The notes under the pieces were generated by a model. That model was not told where the DNA came from. It did no database searches and saw nothing but the letters and a program-made list of their open reading frames with translations. This document shows positions 34,992 to 44,508 of a stretch of DNA of 64,000 nucleotides, in pieces. Made by a program: the position numbers and the translations under genes. Every line of letters starts with the position of its first letter. Position 1 is the stretch's first letter. The DNA comes from a virus, in IMG/VR virus record IMGVR_UViG_3300021197_001203, positions 32,001-96,000 of that record. One strand, 5' to 3'.

Positions 34992-36323
34992 ATGACTTAC
35001 AAAGATGAATTAGAATTGACAGCACAAGAACGTGGACAGAATGCAGAAGAGGTTGAAGCCTCTTTTACAGACTGGCTTAAAACTCATTTAGGTGAGTTAT
35101 GGGCAGCAAATGGCGGGTCATTAGAAAACTGGCCAGCTGTGGATTTAGCAGATGTATTCCAACAATATTACTCAGCATCATCAAGAAGGTCAGGTTCAAG
35201 CGGTGGCGGGAAAGGCGACACATGGGTTGGAATGGTAGTAGGCTACAACGGAGTAAGAGACAATATGAGAGTCCAGCGTCAGGCGGCTATTGATGCGGCT
35301 GAGACTAATTTAAGTGCTACACTAAAACATGGCTTTGTGCATAATAGTAAGAATATTGGAGTAGGTAGGGTGTTCTATGACTCAGGTAGCTGGGTTGCTG
35401 TAAATGCAGATGATCATCGTATTCATACTGAAGAAGGTGTGCAAGAACCGTTGCCTGATTGGGTAATCCCTATTAACAATGGTATGTCTAATATATGTCT
35501 TCTTAGAGAGGACCGCAAACCAAAAACTGCTTACATTTGGAAAAGGTCGTGGATTTTCGTGGGCAATAAGTTAGACGATTTCATGACAAATGGCCCACTA
35601 AAGCCTATGTCATTAGAATGTTCTTTTGATGCAGCTAAGGTTAAACTAAAGATGAATGTGCCTATACTTTTCAAAGCCGAAGAGAAGGCTGCGTGGAATA
35701 ATGAGAAGGTGATGAATCTTGAAGCGAATATGATAGACCCGAATTACGGCCTTGACTGGATTCCTGATGAACAATTAGGTAAAGCACAAGCAATGTTTTC
35801 GCCCGATCAATATATCGCACAATTCCTACCAGTGGTTCCTTTAGAGGATTACATGGATTACCACGATAACGCTCAAGATAAGATACAGCTAAGAAATGGC
35901 GGAGAGATTGGGCCTATCTTTGCGGTTATGGGTGAAGTGGATTATATACAGTCTGATGGACGTGATGACCCTTACGCAGAAGGTGGTTTCAAACACCCTA
36001 TTGTGTTATCTAATCAGAATCTAAAAAGAGAGAACCCTTCTAATTCAGGCATATGGATTAATTTAACAGCGGCTCATGTAAATGACCATCAAGCTCACAA
36101 AGTTAAGAAAGCCGATGGCTGGCATGATTACCAACAGGGGTCAAGAGTATGGTGCGTTGTCCAAACAAGGACATGGATCGGAAATGATGGTTCTATTGGC
36201 TACAATATGGAAGGGTTAAATGTTTATGCTTTACCACTACGTTCTATTGTTTCAGCTACGCCAACAGTAGCAACAAACGATGTATCACAATTTGATGGCT
36301 TCCATGAGGGGGAATGGGAGTGA
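34992..36323 (+). CDS. replication-cluster protein, possibly RPA-like OB-fold ssDNA-binding protein
   Basis: 443 aa; beta-rich and aromatic; acidic tail; position before the ATPase; function inferred. Confidence 0.45.
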   Translation: MTYKDELELTAQERGQNAEEVEASFTDWLKTHLGELWAANGGSLENWPAVDLADVFQQYYSASSRRSGSSGGGKGDTWVGMVVGYNGVRDNMRVQRQAAIDAAETNLSATLKHGFVHNSKNIGVGRVFYDSGSWVAVNADDHRIHTEEGVQEPLPDWVIPINNGMSNICLLREDRKPKTAYIWKRSWIFVGNKLDDFMTNGPLKPMSLECSFDAAKVKLKMNVPILFKAEEKAAWNNEKVMNLEANMIDPNYGLDWIPDEQLGKAQAMFSPDQYIAQFLPVVPLEDYMDYHDNAQDKIQLRNGGEIGPIFAVMGEVDYIQSDGRDDPYAEGGFKHPIVLSNQNLKRENPSNSGIWINLTAAHVNDHQAHKVKKADGWHDYQQGSRVWCVVQTRTWIGNDGSIGYNMEGLNVYALPLRSIVSATPTVATNDVSQFDGFHEGEWE

Positions 36324-37531
36324 GTGGAACAGGATTTTTTGACTCATTTGAGCCTGTTGATACCAACAGTGAAGAAGGTGCATTGAATAAGAAAAAGGTT
36401 CCAGCACCTACTGTTTTATCAAAAGGTTTCAAGCCTAACCCAACGCCTCAAAGGAAAACTCCCGATGAACATCTAATGCCTCCAACGCCCCCACCATTAC
36501 CGAGTAAGGGGGCTTTAGGTAATACAAACCAGCCAACCGGAATAATGCAACAACAGCCAGTCCCTCCTAGTAAGAGGACACGCAGTAATAACCCAGCATG
36601 GCAACAGATAGATGCGGCTAGAGGCAGGGCTTCTAGTAGCCACAAACATATCCTTCTAGGGATAGCTGGTCCCCCAAAATCGGGTAAATCAGGTATGGTA
36701 TTAGATTCTTTAACCGATCAGGAAAAAGAAAATGGTGCTGAAATACACCATATTGACTTCGATGCAGGAGGCGAAAGCACAAAGGCAGCACATCACAGTG
36801 GTTCAAAAAACATAGTCGTATTGAATCCGTGGGTTATGAATGATAAGCCCAGCCGTGTTCCTTATGATTTCCCTGCTACTTATCAGATGACGATTGATTA
36901 TCTGAAGGCAGCTATTGAACAAGCTGATTACCAAATGGCTTATTTTGAAGAGCATGGTAAAATGCCAACTCCTTATCTGAAAACAGTTTGTTTCGATGGG
37001 GCTGACCACTGGTTGAATATATGTGAGACTACAATGAAAGTGGATGACCTTCAATTAGGTGTGGATGGAATTGCTACTTCAGGAAAAGCGACAACCACTA
37101 AAATAGGCAGATTCAATTGGAACATTCGTAAAAACAGATATAACTCCGCTTTGACAGCGTTGCAGGAATTATGCAGAAGAGGTATTCATTGTTATTTGAT
37201 CACGCACATGAAGTCGGCTTACGATTCACAGGGTAATGAGTTAATAGGTGCTGATACCCCTAATTGGCTCAAGGACACCGAAGGCTGGTTGCAGCAAATG
37301 GCTGTCGTGGAGTTAGAAGAGGAACGAAATGAAAGAGGCGAATTGACGGGTGTCACTGAAGCTTCAGCTATCCTTACACAGAACCGCACTAGCTTGAAAT
37401 CTTACGGTAGGGTCAAACTATTCCGTAAGGACAACGAAGGTGGCGAATGGTATGGTTGGAAGGGCTTACGAGATGGAACATTTGAACATCCCGAAGATGT
37501 AAAAGACGATAGCGAAACTTCTTCGGAATGA
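36314..37531 (+). CDS. P-loop ATPase (AAA_24/Sak4/RecA-like recombination protein) with Pro-rich N-terminus
   Basis: GPPKSGKS Walker A; IDFD; VCFDG; LITH. Confidence 0.75.
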   Translation: MGVSGTGFFDSFEPVDTNSEEGALNKKKVPAPTVLSKGFKPNPTPQRKTPDEHLMPPTPPPLPSKGALGNTNQPTGIMQQQPVPPSKRTRSNNPAWQQIDAARGRASSSHKHILLGIAGPPKSGKSGMVLDSLTDQEKENGAEIHHIDFDAGGESTKAAHHSGSKNIVVLNPWVMNDKPSRVPYDFPATYQMTIDYLKAAIEQADYQMAYFEEHGKMPTPYLKTVCFDGADHWLNICETTMKVDDLQLGVDGIATSGKATTTKIGRFNWNIRKNRYNSALTALQELCRRGIHCYLITHMKSAYDSQGNELIGADTPNWLKDTEGWLQQMAVVELEEERNERGELTGVTEASAILTQNRTSLKSYGRVKLFRKDNEGGEWYGWKGLRDGTFEHPEDVKDDSETSSE

Positions 37532-38505
37532 TCGTAATGTCAGCTGAGACTGGTGTCGTCTGTTTTTCAGGGGGCAAAGATAGCACTGCTATGATGATTG
37601 AATTGCTCAAGAGGTATTACGAAGAAGGGGACACTGAGCTGCCTGTGACACGCATTATATTTGCAGATACTGGTTTTGAGTTTCCCGAATTGATAGCGTA
37701 TTTGAAGAAAATAGAGGTTTATATTCAAGAGAGATTCGATCCTGAACTCAAAGTGGAGTTTGTCAAATCTCCTAGAACATGGGAGGATTGGTTCTATGGT
37801 GAAATAACTAGAGGGCACAATAAAGGCAAACAACGAGGGGCACCATTACGTGCCTACCCTTGTTGGTGGGCTAGAGAGTCTAAGGTTCAGCCCTTACAAA
37901 GAGCCACAAAAGATGCCGACATTGTTTATGTGGGTATAGCTAAGGATGAAGAACACAGGACAAGGAATAGTGGGAAACACGGCAAATCGGGTAAATCACA
38001 TACAGAAGACCCTAGAAACGCACGTAATCGTTATCCTTTGGTCGAATGGGGGTGGACTGAGCAGGATTGTTTTGACTATCTCGATGACTTAGGTATTATG
38101 AATGAGCTTTATGTTAATTTTACAAGACTGGGGTGTTTCCATTGTATCAAACAACCAGCCGAATCATGGTGGGGGGTTTATCGTGGTTATCCCGATCTAT
38201 GGGAGATAGCGAAGCATTGGGACAAAGAGAGTATAAAGATTACAGGACACGGTTTGAGGTCTATGAAAGTAGGTGATGGTTGGTCTTTAGAAGAAATGGA
38301 AGTCCGTTTCAAAGATGGCTGGGTGCCTAAGAGTAGGACTAAGTTTGATTGTAATTCATGTGATGCTGTGCGCTTTGTTGCAGAAGGGCAGATGTCGTTA
38401 GAAGATTTTAACGATGATAACGCACATGAAAGAATGGGACTGATAGATGAAGAAACACCAGCGTGTGATATTGTATGGGGTAAAGAGGATGAAGCTTCAG
38501 CGTAG
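37528..38505 (+). CDS. PAPS-reductase-family (PP-loop) protein
   Basis: FSGGKDS, ADTGFEFPE, KVQPL, VGIAKDE, YPLVEW, RLGCFHC. Confidence 0.85.
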   Translation: MIVMSAETGVVCFSGGKDSTAMMIELLKRYYEEGDTELPVTRIIFADTGFEFPELIAYLKKIEVYIQERFDPELKVEFVKSPRTWEDWFYGEITRGHNKGKQRGAPLRAYPCWWARESKVQPLQRATKDADIVYVGIAKDEEHRTRNSGKHGKSGKSHTEDPRNARNRYPLVEWGWTEQDCFDYLDDLGIMNELYVNFTRLGCFHCIKQPAESWWGVYRGYPDLWEIAKHWDKESIKITGHGLRSMKVGDGWSLEEMEVRFKDGWVPKSRTKFDCNSCDAVRFVAEGQMSLEDFNDDNAHERMGLIDEETPACDIVWGKEDEASA

Positions 38506-39448
38506 GCCGCCAAGAGCATACCCTGTCCCAAATCGTGAAGGTTTGACATCTTCTTACAATTGGAACCCAGCTATGACAGACAGGGTAATTTTGAGAGTAT
38601 CGAAGTCATCATTAGGGGCTTACAATTTTTGCCCTCAACAATATTTTATTAAATATATTTTAGGAGTTAAAGAACCACAAAACGATAACATGGTTAGAGG
38701 TAGTAATGTCCACGATGCGACTGAGGACTTTTACAATGACGTTAATGTAAGTTATGCAGCTTCTATGCGTTCTTATGGGTATGATCGAGTTTTAGAATAC
38801 TTCAAAGGATTCATACCTGACTCTAATCCCGAAAGAGGACTTTTTGAGTTGGGTGAACAAAAACACCTAGAGATACTCTTTGAAGCTGAAGCTAAACGAT
38901 TTATGACCTGCGACCCATTGCATTTTCTTCCAGTGGGAAATGAAGTCACTTTAGATGCGGTGGTCGAAATAGAAGGGGTATTGGTTCATTTAACTGGTAT
39001 AGTGGACCGTATCTTTATGGATGAGAATAACGACATACATATTCACGAATTGAAGACAGGAGTTTGGAAACACAAACCCTCAAAATTACTTGGTATGCAG
39101 AAAGAAATGGCGTATTACGTTTATCTTATGACTCAAACCGATCATGAAAAGTTGGGAGGTATTAATGCGGCTTACTGGGGCTGGGACCATACTGCTGGAT
39201 TATTGAACCAGTACGATGATAGAGTATATCGGTTTATAGAAATAGTTCAAGCTGACGCAATTAGAGAAATGATGAATGACTTGAGGGATTTAGTTAAATC
39301 CCATAAAAGATATAACGGATTGGAACGGGATGACATATCATTCCCATTGAAAGACATCGGGGCTGTGCAATATATTTGCGAACCGTGGTGTCGTTTGAAG
39401 GGCTATTGCTCACGATACAACCGTGTTGCTATGTATGAGGAAGAATAA
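38489..39448 (+). CDS. PD-(D/E)XK nuclease (RecB/Cas4-like)
   Basis: SKSSL..CPQQY, GSNVH, GIVDR, ELKTG, YY, CEPWC..YC. Confidence 0.85.
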   Translation: MKLQRRPPRAYPVPNREGLTSSYNWNPAMTDRVILRVSKSSLGAYNFCPQQYFIKYILGVKEPQNDNMVRGSNVHDATEDFYNDVNVSYAASMRSYGYDRVLEYFKGFIPDSNPERGLFELGEQKHLEILFEAEAKRFMTCDPLHFLPVGNEVTLDAVVEIEGVLVHLTGIVDRIFMDENNDIHIHELKTGVWKHKPSKLLGMQKEMAYYVYLMTQTDHEKLGGINAAYWGWDHTAGLLNQYDDRVYRFIEIVQADAIREMMNDLRDLVKSHKRYNGLERDDISFPLKDIGAVQYICEPWCRLKGYCSRYNRVAMYEEE

Positions 39449-39450
39449 TT

Positions 39451-40548
39451 ATGGCCAGTATGTTTGATGGTTTCCCCCGTGAAGTGGATATGCGTGTCAG
39501 GAAGGTCATTCATTCAAAAGAAGAGTTTCAAAGATACGTGTCTAAAACAAACGGTAAAGCTAACATGACAATAACCGTTTATCCTTTTAGAGAGACAAAA
39601 CCAAAGGGAAACCGCTGTGAATACAATACCGCCATAATACCCCATTTTGTTATTGACCTCGATAAAGGTCGTGCTATTGATATGTTAGGAATGACTGATG
39701 AAGAAGCAGGACAGCGATGTGCCGAGGACACTTGGAAATTATCTTCGCACCTATTAAAAAATAATTGGAAACACTGTGTATTCTTTAGTGGTGGTGGCTT
39801 TCACATATGGTGTCTTTTAGATAAGACATATCGTTTACCCCCTGATGAGCTAAGTAAATTGTTATTTTCAGGGCGTATGCAAATCAACAAATGGGTTAAG
39901 GAAATGGACTTGGTTTCTCTTGATCCAGTAGTCTCCTTCAGACCTGATCGACACATAAGAATACCAAATAGCTACAATGTAAAAAGAAAGCTGTGGAGTA
40001 TTCCTCTAAGTTTAGGTTCACTCTCAATGGGTTGGGACCACATTACCGAATTAGCAGAAAAACCCTCTCACGGCATGATACCTATGGGAAATGAGGGTAT
40101 GCCGTTGGAGATAGTGGACACGGAAGACCAACAATATAAGATGTCAGGGCTGACAGGTTTTTTTGGAAAGTTTGACGCTGCGGCGATACGGGTTGAGATG
40201 AAGAATGTCGAAGGGATTCCCATGTTGCCCTGTCTCAAAGCGGCTTGCTGTGAACAGGGGTCTAACCCTCCGCATCAATCCCGTGTTTATCTTATGATGT
40301 ATCTCTTAGATTATTTCAGAAGGTTCGCTAGACCTGCTCATACTAGCAACATAACAAATAACGATGCTGTGCTTAAAGCACACGCATTTATCGAATCTTT
40401 AGAGTGGTCTGATTACAATCCTAAAATCACAAGACAGATGTTAAACCACGGTGCCGCACGTTATTATCAAACACCCTCCTGCCCGAAACTCTTTGCTGAG
40501 AGTTTATGTGTAGGACGCTGCCCGTTTTATGATGGGAAAGGGACGTGA
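39451..40548 (+). CDS. archaeo-eukaryotic DNA primase, PriS fused to a PriL C-terminal Fe-S domain
   Basis: IDLD, FSGGGFH, RIPNSYN; LPCL..NPPH..R..PSC..LCVGRC. Confidence 0.85.
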   Translation: MASMFDGFPREVDMRVRKVIHSKEEFQRYVSKTNGKANMTITVYPFRETKPKGNRCEYNTAIIPHFVIDLDKGRAIDMLGMTDEEAGQRCAEDTWKLSSHLLKNNWKHCVFFSGGGFHIWCLLDKTYRLPPDELSKLLFSGRMQINKWVKEMDLVSLDPVVSFRPDRHIRIPNSYNVKRKLWSIPLSLGSLSMGWDHITELAEKPSHGMIPMGNEGMPLEIVDTEDQQYKMSGLTGFFGKFDAAAIRVEMKNVEGIPMLPCLKAACCEQGSNPPHQSRVYLMMYLLDYFRRFARPAHTSNITNNDAVLKAHAFIESLEWSDYNPKITRQMLNHGAARYYQTPSCPKLFAESLCVGRCPFYDGKGT

Positions 40549-40872
40549 ATGAATATGTCAGACGAATTAAATGAGATTAGAATGAAAAAAGCTAGAGAAT
40601 TGATGGGGCTTCTTGAGAAGACCGAGAACAGTCAAGAAGACGAGGAAAAAATGGCAGAATTGAAGGCTATGATGCCGTGGTCATTCAGGGTCAATATAGA
40701 AAATGGATTTACTGAAGTGCTACACAACTTTCATGATGATGACGAAGAGCCTAATGTTGTCTGTATAACTGTTGACCCAGCCTTTGCAGACATGGTGACT
40801 GAAATGTTAAACCGAGCTTGGTTATTCCAGCAAGCTAACCCTGAACATTTAGGAGTTGAAAACGATGAATAA
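40549..40872 (+). CDS. hypothetical protein
   Basis: 107-aa ORF in the operon. Confidence 0.7.
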   Translation: MNMSDELNEIRMKKARELMGLLEKTENSQEDEEKMAELKAMMPWSFRVNIENGFTEVLHNFHDDDEEPNVVCITVDPAFADMVTEMLNRAWLFQQANPEHLGVENDE

Positions 40873-41098
40873 GATTAGGCTCAATACCGATAGCGGCTAC
40901 ACTACTATTGATTTGCACAAAGTCATGGCGATTACCACCATAGTGACTAGCGACCCACTGATCAAAGTGATGGGCAGAACAGCTATGGTAAAAATGGATA
41001 TTCATATGATTGGTGGGACTATTTTTACTACTAAAGAAATGGACACAGCCGAGGCTGCAAAAGTCACTTCGCAATGGGCAGGTGATGAAGATGAGTAA
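40856..41098 (+). CDS. hypothetical protein
   Basis: ORF in the operon. Confidence 0.6.
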   Translation: MKTMNKIRLNTDSGYTTIDLHKVMAITTIVTSDPLIKVMGRTAMVKMDIHMIGGTIFTTKEMDTAEAAKVTSQWAGDEDE

Positions 41099-41411
41099 AA
41101 TCGACAAAGCGATTGAATGGTTGGAAAAACGATGTGCAAAACATCCCCCTAATGATTATCAATTTGTTAATTTTATTAAAGAAACATTGAATCAAAGTAA
41201 AGGGGTGATAACACCTCACGCTTGTTGGTTCTGTAATGGTAATCTGATATGGGGCGGCGACCATTCGTTTGAAGACTATGGGGTATTAGTGGACGAAGAA
41301 ACTGGCAAGGGGGATGGGGTAATAGCCAATTTACAATGCAGTGATTGTGGGGCATCAGCATTTTTCTTAACCGCCCCCGATGAAGGACACCAACAACCGG
41401 AGATATTCTGA
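41091..41411 (+). CDS. Zn-ribbon protein
   Basis: CWFCNGNLIWGGDH..LQCSDCG; start ATG 41091. Confidence 0.7.
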   Translation: MSKIDKAIEWLEKRCAKHPPNDYQFVNFIKETLNQSKGVITPHACWFCNGNLIWGGDHSFEDYGVLVDEETGKGDGVIANLQCSDCGASAFFLTAPDEGHQQPEIF

Positions 41412-41599
41412 TGAGCGAAGAAGAGTATGAATGGGTTGATGTTGAAAACGAAGAGGATATAACTTGTATTCACCCTGAATGTAAGAGAGAGGTTTCAGTC
41501 AATTCAGGCATACATGGTATGTGTGAGCATCATTATGCGGAGTGGTATAACGGCTACGCTAGGGCTTACGGATGGACGGAGATCGAGATTGATGGCTAA
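41411..41599 (+). CDS. small Zn-finger protein
   Basis: CIHPEC..CEHH. Confidence 0.6.
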   Translation: MSEEEYEWVDVENEEDITCIHPECKREVSVNSGIHGMCEHHYAEWYNGYARAYGWTEIEIDG

Positions 41600-42296
41600 G
41601 ATATTGTTTATTGATAACCGTGAGAAATCGGGGTTAGAAGATTTGGTCAAAAAGTATTGCGACAAAAAAGGTTTAATGCACCAAACCAAACAAAATCTAA
41701 TCACGGACTATGCTTTCAATAGTGTAGGTATAGAAGCTAAGAGTGTCCAAGATTACATGAGTAGTATGATGTCAGGGCATTTAGAGCAACAGCTACAAAA
41801 TCTTGATGACAATTACAATCAAGGGATATTATTAATTTGGGGGACTCTTGACCAGTATCTAGCTCAAGCTGTTAAAAGTGGCCGCAAGATACCATATGGT
41901 AGGGCGTGGTCATCGTGGATTGGTTCTTTAGCACGTTATAGTATAGATTTTGACGTGAATATTATTACTTTACCTGACCGATCAAGTGCAGCTAGATATA
42001 TTTGTAAGAGATTTGAGAAAGACGGAACATTAAGGTCTTCATCGACTTACAGGGTATTAAGAAAAACATCTTCTGAAGATATGAGAGTGGATGTTCTTAG
42101 GGCGGCAGGGGCTAGTGCTACTATCGCTAAAAATCTATTAGATGAGTTTGGGTCAATAGCTGAAATCTCTTCGTTGCCAATAAATGAAATGACTACGCTT
42201 GCTGGTTTAGGTAAAATACGGTCTGAAAAAATAAGTCGTGTATTGAACAGCGAAGAAAAAGTCGTCAGTGAAAAGGTGAAAATGTCTCGTTCATAA
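41592..42296 (+). CDS. ERCC4/XPF (Hef-like) structure-specific nuclease with HhH motifs
   Basis: IDNRE, TDY, IEAKSVQDY..S, L..QL; AKNLLDEFGS, GLGKIR. Confidence 0.88.
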   Translation: MAKILFIDNREKSGLEDLVKKYCDKKGLMHQTKQNLITDYAFNSVGIEAKSVQDYMSSMMSGHLEQQLQNLDDNYNQGILLIWGTLDQYLAQAVKSGRKIPYGRAWSSWIGSLARYSIDFDVNIITLPDRSSAARYICKRFEKDGTLRSSSTYRVLRKTSSEDMRVDVLRAAGASATIAKNLLDEFGSIAEISSLPINEMTTLAGLGKIRSEKISRVLNSEEKVVSEKVKMSRS

Positions 42297-42297
42297 T

Positions 42298-42309
42298 GTA
42301 AGAGGTTAA
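42298..42309 (+). promoter_or_regulatory. promoter class B GTAAGAGGTTAA
   Basis: One mismatch to the motif at 24345 and 34927. Confidence 0.5.
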
Positions 42310-42344
42310 GAGTGATAACTATTACCCAAGTCTCCGGTGATACT

Positions 42345-43793
42345 ATGCTACTCAGAAACGAACAAGACACAACACGAAAATGGAGTGATTATTCCCTTGT
42401 TTCATCACCTTATGATGGCAGCAAGTTCATTCGGCAATACATAGACCGATTCAATACCGTATCATTCTTCAATGAATATGCAGGACTGATGTCATACTTT
42501 TTTGTTATGGGTCAGATACTTGCACCATACATGAGAATGCCTATTCATGGTATCTTTATTGATTGCCGTTTTCACTTGTATTGGATTCAACCATCTAGGT
42601 CAGGTAAATCAGTAGCTTACGAGTTTATATCTAAGATTCTGAAGCTTTGTGAAATTGATACAGAACAATTTAGTGCTGGTTCAGACGCAAAGTTAATCGG
42701 TTCTGTTATCGAAAAGGCAGTTTTTGATGAGAAGGGTGTAGCCACTGGCAAAACAGAATATGAAACCGTACCGGGAATATTGAACGGCTACAAGACGCTT
42801 TTATTCGATGAGGCTAGTGTTCTTCTCAACGATCAGAAAGCTTACTTCAGCGATAAGATTCTTTACTTACAGCAAGCAATGGCCCCAATCGGTTCTGAGA
42901 CAAATGTGCTGGTAAAGCATCTAGTCTCAGGGACAGTAAGGACACCTTCGGGGGTATCACTATGGATGACTACTTATCCTCCAAAAGATATTATGCACCA
43001 CGTTCTTGAGAAGGGTTTCTTTCAACGTGTATTCTTGTATCAGAATGATGTCACTGTTGAAACAAGACAGACCACAAGTGAACACCGATTGAGTGGGGCT
43101 TATGTCCCAGTGCCTGACCGTCTTTGGAAATATGAAGACCTAGCAAAATACTTTTTAGACATCAGAGACGAAATAAAAGGTAGGTTGTTTGAGGCAGCAG
43201 GTATAACAGAAGAAGAATGGGGGCAGCTATCAGACGGTGAAAGAGAGGACATAGCAATACGCCATTCTTACGACCTGTTCACAGTAGGACCGTCTTATCA
43301 TGCGGCTTTGTTGAATGCTGATGATAACTACTATGCCTTAATCAAATCTGTTGCGAATGATGACATTAGAGAAACTGCAATGAGCTTTTTACCTAACACT
43401 GAAAACTATACTATTATTTTGAGTAATCTTATTGCAGCTAGTATGAAGTCCACCGTTATAACGGCAGAACACATCAACATGGCTCATGAAATAATCTATG
43501 ATAATCTTCACAACCTCATAATATGGTTAGAACAGAAACAAAGTGTAGCCACTAAGAAGAGAACACAGGCAGAACAACATTCATGGAGAGAATCATTCAA
43601 CAAATGTGTAAAGGCGTTGCACCCTAAGACAGCTAGAGAAGTTGTGAAGAAAGCAGAATTAGAACAAAGATATGCTCAGGCTAATCAAGTAAGTGTCAAG
43701 ACAGCCAAGAGGCGTTTGGATAAGTTGATCGGCAATAAGACAGCCGAGAGATTCATGAAAGGCCGTGTGGCTTATGTTGCTATGAATTGGTGA
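42345..43793 (+). CDS. AAA+ ATPase, MCM-like putative replicative helicase
   Basis: WIQPSRSGKS Walker A; S.A.LIG; PGIL; LLFDEA Walker B; GFFQR; C-terminal winged-helix-like region. Confidence 0.65.
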   Translation: MLLRNEQDTTRKWSDYSLVSSPYDGSKFIRQYIDRFNTVSFFNEYAGLMSYFFVMGQILAPYMRMPIHGIFIDCRFHLYWIQPSRSGKSVAYEFISKILKLCEIDTEQFSAGSDAKLIGSVIEKAVFDEKGVATGKTEYETVPGILNGYKTLLFDEASVLLNDQKAYFSDKILYLQQAMAPIGSETNVLVKHLVSGTVRTPSGVSLWMTTYPPKDIMHHVLEKGFFQRVFLYQNDVTVETRQTTSEHRLSGAYVPVPDRLWKYEDLAKYFLDIRDEIKGRLFEAAGITEEEWGQLSDGEREDIAIRHSYDLFTVGPSYHAALLNADDNYYALIKSVANDDIRETAMSFLPNTENYTIILSNLIAASMKSTVITAEHINMAHEIIYDNLHNLIIWLEQKQSVATKKRTQAEQHSWRESFNKCVKALHPKTAREVVKKAELEQRYAQANQVSVKTAKRRLDKLIGNKTAERFMKGRVAYVAMNW

Positions 43794-43797
43794 TTCT

Positions 43798-44508
43798 ATG
43801 TTAGGAAACAGATTAGCAACATTTATGCAAACAGAAAAGATAATCTCATTTAGAGTTTTTAGCTCATATGATGATGACAAGGATTACACCGACCTTGATA
43901 AGTTTCATATTGATGCTGCTGTTTTCTTCGATGGCAGAACATTCTATGTATTCACTGATGTTGTGAATGAATTAATACATAAGGGGTATAAAACTCAAGT
44001 CAGATCAAGAAAAGAAATGGGTGCTTGGATAAAAGCTTTGGATCATGAAACTACATTAGTAGGTTTTAATTCTAACAAGCTACAATACCAGCTACTACTC
44101 AAAGCATACGATATACAATTCAAAACAATTGACTTGATGGATTCAATAGGACTCGCTGCTGCCTCTTACTATGACACTTCTAAACCACGCTTTACACTTA
44201 GAGAATGTTCTCGGTGGAATAGTGTCAAACAAAGTATATTGCCTCACTACACTTGGATGTTCACTACAATTGAATTGTTCGATGAATGGTATAGTGAAAG
44301 ATTTCGTAGTGTTGCTAAGAATCTAGCAGCTGAATGCGAAATGATAGCAAAGCTAGCACACCGTATCAGGAAGAGAAAACAAGTACGCTGGCTAGATAGG
44401 GTGTCAGGAAAAGGTGTTGCGATACCTATGGACTTCTATGGTCAAATCATACCTAGAGGTTTTTTCAAAGGGGCTAAAGATGACCCATCTCTTGAAGGTA
44501 GCGAATAG
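43798..44508 (+). CDS. degenerate DnaQ/RNase-H-like exonuclease-fold protein
   Basis: LVGFN..LL, IDLM, RFTL pattern; catalytic acidic residues not evident. Confidence 0.5.
   Translation: MLGNRLATFMQTEKIISFRVFSSYDDDKDYTDLDKFHIDAAVFFDGRTFYVFTDVVNELIHKGYKTQVRSRKEMGAWIKALDHETTLVGFNSNKLQYQLLLKAYDIQFKTIDLMDSIGLAAASYYDTSKPRFTLRECSRWNSVKQSILPHYTWMFTTIELFDEWYSERFRSVAKNLAAECEMIAKLAHRIRKRKQVRWLDRVSGKGVAIPMDFYGQIIPRGFFKGAKDDPSLEGSE

Noticed and set aside
38489-39448. CRISPR-associated cas4
   Set aside because: Stand-alone PD-(D/E)XK nuclease in a viral recombination cluster, with no other cas genes or array.
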